From: Kudoa neothunni | Lineage: Eukaryota > Animalia > Cnidaria | Direction of reading: 5' to 3' | Assembly (NCBI GenBank): GCA_964304625.1 | Contig: OZ199838.1 | Span: 10,125,741 to 10,189,740, forward strand | Length of the DNA stretch: 64,000 bases | Shown: positions 12,201 to 24,163 of the stretch, piece by piece | How the letters are laid out: each line of letters begins with the position of its first letter | Numbering within the stretch: the stretch's first letter is position 1 | The notes under the pieces: model-generated | What the model was told of the DNA's origin: nothing | Seen by the model: the letters and a program-made list of their open reading frames with translations, nothing else | The model's database searches: none | Translations under genes and position numbers: made by a program

Positions 12201-13583
12201 CGTCTAATTTTGGAATGCCTGCCAAAATGGCCTTTTTAGGATTACTGGCGATTTTCATTAGAGCGGTTTTCGACTTCAAATTAACAAATTCTACAATCGA
12301 ATCGGCACACACTTTGGCTACTTGCTTCAGAAACTTTTCACTTGGAACACATTGAGAACCAAACTTTTTCGCTGTTAGCACCAAATTTTCCTTAGTTTGA
12401 GAGTCGAAACATGGATTCTCAATCTTAGAATTCACAAACAAAAATATGCTGCTCTTGATAAAAATTGGCTTGATCAACTTTTTGTCATTCACTCTCTTCG
12501 AAATAATAGGCATAAGATAATTGACTAATTGATCATATATATAGTTGACATGTGTTCCACCTTTTGTGGTAGCTATACTGTTGACAAAACTCATCTGTTG
12601 TGGACCACTATCGATTGGAGCTACACACAACTCCCATCTGTCATTGACCTTCTCGTAAAGAATGCCGTTCTTATCGGTTCCATTTTTGGGTTGATTTTCA
12701 TCGGTTGCAACCACAGCATCTTCAACTCCATTGATTCCTCTCAGGTATAGTTGAGCGTAGGTTTTGAAGTCCTTGATCTTCAATTGTTCGTTGTTGAAGA
12801 AAACCTTGATTCCATGAGTCACGCCTGCTATATCATAAGCTCTACGTTTGAGTAGTGCGAGGAAATCGTCGTTAATCGATGTTAAACCAAATCTCTTGAG
12901 ATCAGGCCAAAATTTAACACAAGTGTAATCTTTGCCATCAAATTCTTTGATAATAGGATCCTTTGCAGAGTTCATATTATTGGACCATTCTTGTAGGAAA
13001 CGTTTGCCATATTTACCGGAAGCTGTTTCAACAATGAACTTATTACTGAAGATATTACAGAGTTTGGCACCGAACCCATTTCTGCCGCCAGTGATCTTTT
13101 TTTGATTATCGTTATAGTTGCTCGATGTTAGCAAATGCCCAAAAATCATCGTAGGCACATACATATTCTCGCCTTTATGAATCGTCACAGGAATACCAAG
13201 ACCATCATTCCACACACTGATTTCATTTTTCGCTCTATCAAAATTAAAAGAGTTAATGAACTAAGAGAACAACTTTAAATGTGATACATGTCTACGTTAA
13301 TTTTTATTTTTGACATATTCTTGTCGCGCTCTTTATTGTCAGATGCATTCACAAGTATCTCATCAAATATCTTATATAGACCGGGTGAGAATGTGATATT
13401 TTTTTTGATTATAGTGTTAGTAGTATCGTCATAGATCCACATTTCTTGTGAATCTAACGTTGTTGATCCTATGTAGGTATCAGGACGAAGTAATATATGC
13501 TCCAGCTGTGTTTTTTTCTGGTAGATATCCTCTACTGTCCGACTACTGTCCAAATCATTGTTTTCTGTGGCTCTAAAATCCAT
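9222..13583 (-). CDS. TOP2: DNA topoisomerase II
   Basis: ORFs 13275-13583 and 9352-13215 are joined by a 53-nt intron at 13235-13287 (NVDI|AKNEISVWNDG). Motifs: GGRNGFGAK, LILTEGDSA, PLRGK, MTDQDEDGSHIKGL, YYKGLGT and catalytic ASARY. A probable 46-nt last intron lies at 9313-9358, so the 3' end is uncertain. Confidence 0.97.
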
Positions 13584-15939
13584 CCCCGCTCTTCGTAATC
13601 GGATAAACCGGCGGCGTTGTTCGGTTCAGTTCGCTATTCAAGCTTGATTTTAACTTCCGTTTAATATTGATAAGAATTAAAATATCTCATCATAGACTTT
13701 TAAATTTAGTATTTCTAAAATGTTTTAAATTCTCTACGATGCATTATATTTCGTTTCAACTTTTTCCATGTTTAATGCACACAATAATAATATACTTTTT
13801 ATTATTTAAAATTTAAACAATTTTTGAGAAAAGTATTAAGGAAATAATTTTAGAATTTTATTTTGAGGTGCAACCATTACCTAATCCAAATTTAATCTTG
13901 TGTTCGTATATTTTTGTGATAAATTTATCTTGGCTCCTTAGAGCTTTAGTGAAATACATAATGTAATTAAATTCAACACATGGTTATAAACATACAGATT
14001 TTTAAATCTAATCACGAGAACTAGGGAGATTCCAAATGGCAGGCGTAAGCCCACGGGTTATTTGAAGTTAGTTTTTTTGAGTTATTGCTCTATTCTGAAG
14101 AAGACGATAGTTAACACATTAGGAAAATATGTCTTTATGTAGGATTGGTAATAATGGTAATTTTTTTCTGAATGAATTTAGTGTATGGATATTGTTGTCG
14201 ATAGAATATTGACTCCTTTTAATCCCTACATACCGCCAAACCTCGATGTTGCGTAATTCCTAATTTTCATCACTAACCTGTTTAGTAAGAAACCTTGTTT
14301 TTCTATATTATGGTTTTATTATAATTTAAACGTATTAAAACATTTATTCACGAAACACTCGTTATTTCGTTGAAACATTTTGTTACGTAATTATTAAATA
14401 GAGCGAGATTCATTATTACGTAGTTTTTGTGACTTAATTTTTTTATTTAAGAGATAGACGTTTATCTTTTACATATACAGACTCGAAATTTTAAGGAAAT
14501 GTAAATTTATTATTATTAAAAAATTTAAATGGAGTCAAATCAATGCCAATCTCATGATAAAGTCGAGTGATCTAATAGGTTACTTTAAAGATTATTTAGT
14601 CATAAGGATCTTTTCGTGCACAAAAAACAATGATTTAAATAATGATTAGAAATGTATAAAACATTTCTCAGGACAATTAAAACTACAAGTGACAAATATG
14701 AGAGAGTTAGAAAGATATTCAGTAGAAACATTCTGCCAAAAGAGGTGTTTCTGGAAATAGTTGCTCGTCTTAAGAGAAAGAATCAAACTATATTTTAAAG
14801 TAAGAAAAAGAGGGGTTTAACGTTTGAGGTATATGAAATTTTACAACAAATTTTGAGGAAATTGCAAGTGTATCTGTTACATTCAATGATTGATGGTTTG
14901 CCGAAAAACTTAATTCGGTTAACTCCTAAGATAACACTGAAGTGTCGATGAAACTTCTTTTTTCGCGAGGAGTTACATTAAAATCTGTTTAAAGATTGTG
15001 TTTTGATAAAAAGAAGAAAATAATTTTTTAAAATGATTGATCATTTTACGATTTTTATGTTCTAATTGAAATAAACTATTATTAGCTATTAATTGGATAT
15101 TTCAAGTCCCAGATGCATTCAAGTGTACAATACGTACCTTGTAAATGATTTTACATAAAATAATCATGTATATTAACTGAAGAGTGAAAAATGGGAAGAC
15201 CTTTTTTTTGTTGGACCAATACTTAATTAATCAAAAAAATATTTATGGTTTTAATATAATGAAATTTCTTTGTCTCCCTATAAATTCATTCGTGCAATAA
15301 AAAACGCTTGATCTAGACATAAATCATGATTTTTATAGCAGGGGTCGAAATCAAATTTTCAGCATAAATTATTTTACTTGCTTCTATTTTAACACTACTA
15401 AAATCAAAGTGCAGTGGGATGTTCAATGGAAACCATTACTAATTTATAAAAAGAACAAAATATAACTTATGGATCACAGTTGATTTAGACAACGTTAAAT
15501 TCTCCGTTTTGTAGTGATTAATAATTAATAAATTTGTAGATATGCCGTCCTTTATAGTAATACCACATTAGATCGATTAAGAAGACAAAGTACATTATTT
15601 AAGGATTAGTGACCTATTTTTGCTAGATCTGTGTGAATGATTTCTCAAAGAAGATCTTTTGGTAGTATCTTTTGCAATTGGGATAGTTCTATCCATTATC
15701 TTATTGATATCTTAAAACCACCGAATAACTGTACGGATTGTTAAAGAACCAGTCATTCAATACATCGAAAAAATTAGCGATATTGCTCGAAAATGTGTTT
15801 TAAAGAAACTTCCATTTTTGAGTTAACGTTTCTCGCCAATGTAAGAATTAAACTTTATGATTTTTCAATGTTAACATATTATTGGTTGGTGGGTGTAAAA
15901 AGCGTTAACCTGATTGCAATTACCAGGTACTCTTCTCGA

Positions 15940-16370
15940 GCGATTACTGACTATTGTCATTATCCTCACCAGCCGTTAGCTGACAGTTTAAACCTTAAAT
16001 AAATAGTTTTTATCGGAGAAAACATAATTGTGGAGACTTGTGAGCCAAAATTTTGCAATATAAAGCGTAACAGAGGGTATGGCGTTAATGGAGTATGAGT
16101 TCTTGAGGGTGTAAAAACGAAACTAGAAAGAAATATATTTTCAGTAGAGGTTTCTAACAGAATCGCAGAGATTCTTATCAGAAACATTAAAACTAAGGTT
16201 CAACATGGCTCCATTGTCATAACTTGTTACTTCAAAATTTATGGAATACAACGCAATTTTCGGATTCGCCTCATTGTAAATCGCAATACAGAATATGTGG
16301 ATATTATCACAGGAGTTCATACAAAAACGAATGAAAGAACCTGAGATGTTATCAAATACAAAGTATCACT
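15940..16370 (+). pseudogene. Merlin (IS1595/ISXO2-like) transposase relic
   Basis: IGENIIVETCEPKF..KRNRG...VSNRIAEILI..I...V..GSIVIT...VN...EYVDIITGVHT with stops. Confidence 0.6.
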
Positions 16371-17439
16371 AAGAAGCAGAATATCATTGGTTAAAGAAGA
16401 TGGTTTTGTCTGTATGGATGGTACCAATGAACTTATCGGTGAATTTAATGGAGAAGAAAAACCAAGTATGATTTATGGGAGGATTTTATATCTCATCAAA
16501 AGAATTCTAATTGAAAATTTATTAGATTTTTTGTTTTTTATTTGTTTTACATAGTTTTTGTTTATGACATTAATCCGTTGTTCAATTGGAATTGGGCGAT
16601 TGGTAATTATTAAGTGGGTGGTACCTAAAAAACGTCCTATTAAACATCTATTATTTCGCCGGTTTCTATGCAATTCTTTTTAATATAATAAATAGATACG
16701 GAGCGCAAAAAATCAACTTCGAAAAATGACTTCTAATTTTAAGCATTTCCCATTTCGAGCAAAATCGTCCCCGCCGTGTAATCTCTTTAATTTACAAAAA
16801 CCTGCATATTTCCTTATTCTCCACACATATTTTAGCTCATTCGTTACTTAAAATCACTTCTATTATTTCCTGTCATAACATTTTTCCCCAAAAGTTAGTT
16901 CAAGTGTTATATATATATATTTTACAAACAGAACAAATTAATTTCTTCGTACACAACCAAATATAACGTAAACGTGGCTATAAATTTTCATATGGAAACA
17001 CAAAGCTTAGTTTATATATTTTTATCAAGTATAGAAAATTTTATAATTGGATTTGTCGTAAATTTCCAAGTAAAGTATGGTAATTATCCAAATATAACGT
17101 GGTTTATTTTAGAGGTTTCGTAGATAAATCAACAACGAGTACTTATGCATCTTAAATAATTTTTAATTTACTTTATTTGGGTAAATGTAAAAAATCTAAA
17201 ATGCTAAAATTAACATTTTTATAAGTAATGTTTTATAACTGAATCTATGAAAATGTAATATTTTGTAGAAAATTTGAATATGCAATGATTCAATTGCCCC
17301 AATTTGATTATACGAGCTTTTGAATTTTATCATCATATAATACATATCTGTTTTTAAGAATATATGTTTAAATGAATTTAAAATAAATATTCGGATGATA
17401 TCACATATTTCTTTGAAATCATTTTTTTAAAAGGATTCA

Positions 17440-17700
17440 TACGTAGGATATATACTTTAAAATTGTATACAAGCATTTAATCTCTTCCAACATCTTTCGG
17501 TGATATTTATGTATGTACTATCCTGGACGTATCTTTTTGAATGATGAGCCTTAACATTATCATAGCAAAACTCACCTATACCATTATAAGCGGAACACTC
17601 GTCATCACATATGGTTGATCATTTTTAGATTTCGTATTCGATGATGGGTAAGAGCATTGCTGAATTACGTTCCTCTTCATAGAAATACCTCATTTTTACA
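17440..17700 (-). pseudogene. Merlin transposase relic
   Basis: Minus-strand RNSAMLLPII..I...STICDDECSAYNGI......HHSKRYV...YINITERCW matches the ISXO2 core. Confidence 0.6.
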
Positions 17701-18434
17701 TGAGTGATTTTCGCCACATCATCAAATTTAAGTGGAACTATTAAAAAAAACCTAGATGCCGTGAACCCTTCAATCATACTTTTATAGAAATCGCTTAAAC
17801 CAATGAATATAAAACATAAAATTTTGTCTATAAATCAATATCTTTTTGTTAAATTCATTAGATTAGAACAATTTTATATTATTAATCTCTCTTCATTACA
17901 TTCAGGAAAACTTAGAGTTGAAAGTGTTAAGATGAATTTAGTACGTAGGTTACAAAGCTCACAAGGAACAGCTGGCACCAAAGCCCCAGACGAGGTCGTT
18001 TTACTCCTTTATTTAAATTTGCTGTCTTATGTAATAAATTATTTAATTAAAGTCTATATTCACATAGTTTAAACTAACATTTAATCTGTTTTAACTAATA
18101 AATACTTCAAATTGGTGCTGATTAACCCGTTTTACACCCTTCAACTAGATTCAAAAACTAAAAAAAGGACTTGATTTAGGTATACATAGCACAGCTGCAC
18201 ACTAAATATTATTCTGGGGAAAATAATGGTTAAGATTTATTTCGCTCAGGTTCAAAACTAAAAAAATCCCTAACTGCGTCATTTTTTGAGCAAGGAAATG
18301 GAAGGATTAAATACGCAAAGTAATTGAGTGACTACAGTTTAAGAATTCTTTATTAAACCAAAACACACACACACACACAAAGTATAAACACAGAAGAATA
18401 AAAACCAAAAAAATATTAAATTGGTTCATATTAT

Positions 18435-19272
18435 TCAATTCGAATCCTCTGAATCCGAAATCATAAGATCTTCAACTATGAACAAATCAAACTGAATTAA
18501 AACTAAAAATAGACTTACTTAACTCCTGCTTATCCTTCTTACTGAGGGTTGCTATCTAAAGGTGGAGGTAATATGCTGTAAGAATTGAATCAGATAATTA
18601 CGAGATTTAGCTGTTCGCTGGCAGTGTTAACTTGTAGTTCAGGAGACGATGATTTCTTTTTTTCCTAACAATCAATGAAACTATTCCATTGTTGCAACAA
18701 TATCGGTACTAAGCATGGTAATAATTTCAAAATATTATCGGCCATGATTCTAATAGAAAATTATGATATATCAACACCTCTAGCGTACTTGGTTCGTTTT
18801 ACTGAAAATGCATTAGATATGCGTTCAATTGTGGCAGTCTACAATGGTAAAAACAAATAAAATTTTTTGCATATTATTAACAAATAAAATTGATTACATT
18901 TGTTTGATGATCTATGATCAAAATGCATTCCTTAGGAGAAGGTTTTTTTGGCCCTTTAAAAAATGTGTATTCTGATTCCTAATTTTAAAATGAACAAAAG
19001 GATAACAGCAAACACAAAAGACATCATTAGGAACGGCCACAAGAACTGAATCGCCTCCTTGGCAGTACAAATGCATATCTTTGGCAGAAATACACGAGGC
19101 AGGAGTGAAATCAACTATTCCAATTACATTAACTATTCTTCCCAAATTACATAGTACATTTAATTGTGTTGTACAAGTCGGATTTGGTGTTATCCATAAA
19201 TGTATTTCCAATACGTAATTTGTATTTATGTTTGATGACGGTGTCATCTTCGTTTTCATTTTTATACTCCAT
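18435..19272 (-). CDS. EAF: ELL-associated factor (EAF1/2 family), 8 exons
   Basis: Splicing 7 GT-AG introns gives MEYKNENEDDTVIKHKYKLRIGNTF...YNTIKFDFTPAS...TFFKGPKKPSPKECILIIDHQTNTATIERISNAFSVKRTK...EDLMISDSEDSN*. This matches the EAF N-terminal domain (YDFKPAS, VFKGSK, KECILII, EKLSS.I.VKKTR). AATAAA lies downstream. Confidence 0.88.
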
Positions 19273-21194
19273 TTCCAATAACTAAATTTAAATACTAATG
19301 GTGATCATTAGATTGCGATTAAAACCTTCGCAAAATTTTCACCTCTGGCGATGCGCGATTTACTGACTATTCAAGTTGAGCTTATTGGTCCATACAAATA
19401 TAATCTTCATGGTATACACGCTTGCGCGGTCGAAAATTTTAATCTCATTATTTCTCATTTACTGATATAACCAAATGAAATAAATATAGTATACATCATG
19501 TTTATTTTGTTAGTTCATTTTTTCCTCATATAGCCTAAACCATACACTTTAGATTAAGTTTTTGGTCATTAGCCACTTTAACTTATTGGTTGTAGATTTT
19601 ACACATACTCAATATGTTCTTTTTCATATTTCAGACAAAATGTAAACAATTAAATGTACAATAAATAATTGATCAAATGATGAGTATGTTAAATTCATTA
19701 GAATATAGTTGGATCGATAATCAGATTAGCATCATTAATTGTAGATTCGAATTTTTAATTTTTTATAAATATTATTTCTGGATAGATTCCAAATAAATCG
19801 AATGTATGGAAATAAATGAAGGGCGGAGAAATCAATATTATTAGGTATTAGACGGGGGTAATAGTACGAAATAATTTATTCTGATTTTTTTATACCTGCT
19901 GATCGAGAATATAAACATCGGATCAATAACAATTGACGCAAGCGTCGATTATGTCCATGACTAATGGTGAGGTGCAATTGGCTTCGGTTCACGAACCAAC
20001 CGTTGGATATGGTTACATCGGAGATAATGGGCTGCAATTCAATGTGAATTACAAGTATAGAAACTTTGCCAAACAAGCAATGTCCAACTATAACAAAACA
20101 TACATTGCTGATTCAGTGAAAGCGAAAAGTTTCACTGTTTCGAATTTTATTGAAACTGAGCCAAGATTGACGTACATGCTTATCGTACACGCGTGTTAAC
20201 TTAATCCACACTTAGGATAATTTTGTACAAAAACGAACAAAACAACATTCAAACTATCTATTCGGAAGAATATTGCCAGCCATTCAGATGTTCGATATAT
20301 GCCGATAAAAGTGGTAAACATTCATATATAGAGGTTTTTATTTGTTTAAATGGTGCACGCCCTTCCATTCAAAATCTATTATGCAACGATCTTCAAATAT
20401 TTTTGATTAGTATTAATTAATTATAATGAGACAAAGACATTTAAAGAAAATTCAGCTTATTTCCATCTGAATACAGAATTATACATAAGATATTGATTTC
20501 CAATTGTTCTAGTTCAGGGGTGGGAAATTTGTGGTTCACGGGACGCATGCGTCCGGTGGATACTTTCATGCTTAAGTTTTTTGTTTGCGGTTTAAAGATA
20601 ATCTATTACCTAAAAATTGTTAGTTATAACGATTCAAGGTGTTTAAATGGTCTACAAATTTTTGGTTGTCAAATTACAGAATATAACGAAAATTAATAAA
20701 TAATTGCATTCGTATGTATCATTACCTCGTAAAAATTTCAACTTTTCTTGAAATGCATTGAAAATTTATTTTCTACTCGGTTTGTAACCAATGGCTTGAT
20801 ATAATCAATATGCTTGCATTGATCAATTTTTATGTGCATGCGCGCCAGTTTTGATGTTTATTTCTCATTTATATACTATTTCATATCGAAGAATATTAAA
20901 AGCTTTTAATATTTTTTACAACAGATTGAGTTTTAGTATATATATTTTTTCCTTTGATGTGGGTTTGTTATAAAATTAAAAATAATGATAATAATGATTT
21001 ATCGGATAATTCTTAACAATAGTCCGTATATAACTTTTTCATTATTAATCTCTCAAGTTTTAAATTTATATATGAATATTTTGAACTATGAAAAATTATA
21101 TTTTATGGAATATATTACGATTATACATTAAAATAAATTATATTGTTTAAAATGGCGCAGTTTCAAATTTTTGAAGGTGTATTCTAATGTTATA

Positions 21195-22468
21195 TAGGGT
21201 TTTCCGAGCTTTAGTGACACGTTAGTTTAATATTTATGAACTTTAAAAACAGATAATAGCGACGATTCTCAAATGAAAACTCGAACCAAATTTAAGAGAC
21301 AAACAATAAGTGACCGAGATAGGAAAATGATTGCTAATCAGTGCGAATTGGGTTACAGCAATGCCGTCATCGCTGAAAATGTTGGAATTAAGCGACAAAC
21401 TGTTGCTTCAATTGTAAAATTGTATCTTCTTGATGGGAAAGAAAAGTCATTAAAAAGGGGTGGTGACTTTTCTTCAAAACTCAATGAAGATCAAAAGTTG
21501 CGTATTAGAAGTTGGGTGGATGAGGACGCCACAATTACCCTCAAGACTCTTCGTCAAACATTATTAGACGAATGTGGCGTGAGTGTTAGCGTTAGCACAA
21601 TAAATAGGTGCCTTAAAGAATTCCACTATTCTTTAAAAATGCTCACCATTGTTTTTGAACGAAGAAACTCTGAAGATACAGTGGAAAAACGTTTTGTGTA
21701 CGCCCAAGAGTTCAATTCAAAATTGTTTGAGGCAGAAGGCAACAACTTTGTTTTTATTGTCGAAGTTGGTTTTATTGTATCGTCACGTACAAGACGGAGT
21801 CGTTCGCTTGCTGGTACATCAGCATATGTAAACGTGAAAGCCGTCAAGTCAAGGAACATATCCGTCATCGCAGCGATGAATAAGTATGGCATGGTGCTAT
21901 ATAAAATAAATCGAAGACCAGTAAATGGCGAAGATTTTAAAGAGTTCCTCATTGAGTTGGCAGATTTGTGCCGTTCTTTGGAAATTGAAGATCCATGCTT
22001 CATACTCGATAATGCAAGGATACATCATTATCGGGGACTTAGCGGAATTTTAGCAACGTTACAACTAACGTTGATGTATCTACCTCCGTATTCACCCTTC
22101 ATGAATCCAATTGAAAATGTTCTCAGCAAATGGAAAAACCATGCTGTGAGAGGACATGCGAGAAATGAAAGCGACCTTTTAAATTTAATAGATGATGGTT
22201 TCAAAGTTATTACCACCAACGACTGCTCAAGTTATTATCGAAAAATGCTTCGATATATCAGCAGATGTTTGAACCGAGAAATTATTTTAGAATAAGTATA
22301 AATTATACGATAGTGTTTGGATATCTTTTTCAAATTCCCAAAATTATTATTTTTTGTTCATTCGAAATTTAAAGTAATATTTTCGTATTTTTTACCTAAT
22401 TATATAGCTATCTTAAATACCTTGTCACTAAAGCTTGACATGATGTCATTAAAGCTCGGAAAACCCTA
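21195..22468 (+). mobile_element. Tc1/IS630-like transposon, full length
   Basis: TIRs TAGGGTTTTCCGAGCTTTA(G/A)TGACA at both ends, flanked by TA. Confidence 0.9.
21273..22295 (+). CDS. Tc1/IS630 DD34E transposase (first catalytic Asp replaced by Val)
   Basis: 340-aa open ORF with an N-terminal HTH, FVFIVEVGF (normally FIDExGF), ILDNARIH, then 34 residues to YSPFMNPIE. Confidence 0.9.
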   Translation: MKTRTKFKRQTISDRDRKMIANQCELGYSNAVIAENVGIKRQTVASIVKLYLLDGKEKSLKRGGDFSSKLNEDQKLRIRSWVDEDATITLKTLRQTLLDECGVSVSVSTINRCLKEFHYSLKMLTIVFERRNSEDTVEKRFVYAQEFNSKLFEAEGNNFVFIVEVGFIVSSRTRRSRSLAGTSAYVNVKAVKSRNISVIAAMNKYGMVLYKINRRPVNGEDFKEFLIELADLCRSLEIEDPCFILDNARIHHYRGLSGILATLQLTLMYLPPYSPFMNPIENVLSKWKNHAVRGHARNESDLLNLIDDGFKVITTNDCSSYYRKMLRYISRCLNREIILE

Positions 22469-24163
22469 TAATTTGGAAGTGGCTGTTAGCACTGTAAATA
22501 ATATTCGGGTGACACTAGTTTTGTCTATATTTAATTATTTATGGTCCACCGTTACACTCTTAGGATCCATATATAATTAAATATAGCAGATTCTAAAAAA
22601 TTAAGTCTGTAGACAGCTTGTAACAATTTATGGGATCAAAAATTTTCGGTGCTCAAACGTGCATGCCGTTTTGGATTAAATTGGACCGTGCTAATAGCCT
22701 CTGCCTTATAATTCACTAATATTATTTTTAATTTGTTTTTAGATAAATTAAAATTACCTTAACATTTTAAAATTATTTTAGAAATAATATTCAATATAGA
22801 GCGCAGTGGGAATGCAATTTTTCTCTTTTTTTTTGAATTTTAAACGAGCATTGGGAACGAAAGGATCAGAGTTTCAGCACTCATTTTAACCTTGAATTTG
22901 AATCATGCTTTTATTTTACTCTTTTAGAGTATTGTCTCAATTTATAATTTAAGATTATTTTTTATTTTATCCATAACAATCGATAATAACCAAATTATTG
23001 TTAGAGTGCGTTCAAAATAGAATAAGAGACTATATTAAAACTGCAAATTATGACGAAAATGGATACATTTTCTAACAAAATATGATTTCATAATTTTTAT
23101 TTTGATGTAAGTAATTCCTTTCAACTATTGTGCTATAAGAATTATGATTTTACTATTTGCTATAGCAATGTTAATAGTAATAAACCTTTATGTTATAAAA
23201 CAATTTAATTGCGAGCAATACTACCTATGAATGGTTGATTAGTGTCATAGATTTTGTTTTGCCAACTTTATTATACTTCCACTGATATAGCAAATAGATT
23301 TAATATAAGCACGATTTTGAAAAAGTTAAAAAAGCATATTTATTAATGCACTAAAAACATTAGTAAACTTGGTGGAATATAACGAGAAGTTGATCTACTT
23401 AATAATAAACTTTGTGTACAATTTTAGATATTGTTTTATATCCTTAGAAGTCGAACTTTACATTGTTGATTAGTTATTTTTTCATTTAATGCTCCCTCCT
23501 CAATTTTCTTTGTGATATCCTAACAAGTTGATATAATTCAAAAAAGATTTCTCTATTAGTGTACAATGCATTCTTACTTCTAAAATATAATCGAAAAATA
23601 AAGTAATATTTGATTTAAAATTATTTGTGGATATTGATCACATTGCAATCTACATTTTTTAAAATTAAAAGTAGAATAATATATTTTTGAATATTAAATA
23701 CTTTAATCTCTTCGTGAAAATAATTTTTTAAACAAAGATTTCAAATCGTTTTAGAGTTAATAGTAATTATCTAATTTCTTGTAAGTTAAAATAAAAAGCT
23801 TGTCTATTATTTTTTTAATGTTGATAAATATAAGAAAATTAATTACCTACAATTTTTGTTATTAAAAATCATTCACGAAATATGTTTTTTCTAATTCAGA
23901 TGTTTAAGCTGTATAAAATTCGTGAGTATAAAACCAACTTTTATATATTTTTTCTATCAAAATGTTAAAAGATATGTTTGATTCTATGATCGTTACATCA
24001 TTAGAGATTATAATGGGAGAATATTTAATTCTAGTGAATATTTAAAAATAGACTATTTTAAATAAAACTATGAAATAAATTGAAATCATTTGTGTGGAGT
24101 GGTTTATTTTTCCAAAAATATATATACATGTAAAATATGCATATAATGTATATCAAATTTCAG

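Noticed and set aside
9320-12750. Plus-strand and alternate-frame ORFs overlapping TOP2
   Set aside because: They are antisense or frame shadows of the long TOP2 exon with no independent motifs.
18918-19259. 113-aa Cys-rich ORF as a standalone gene
   Set aside because: Explained by the spliced EAF gene; only one exon is in this frame.
19840-19875. VLDGGNST as ACR1 of a second NTPDase
   Set aside because: It is flanked by stops, the GT within it is probably a splice donor, and no other CD39 motifs follow.
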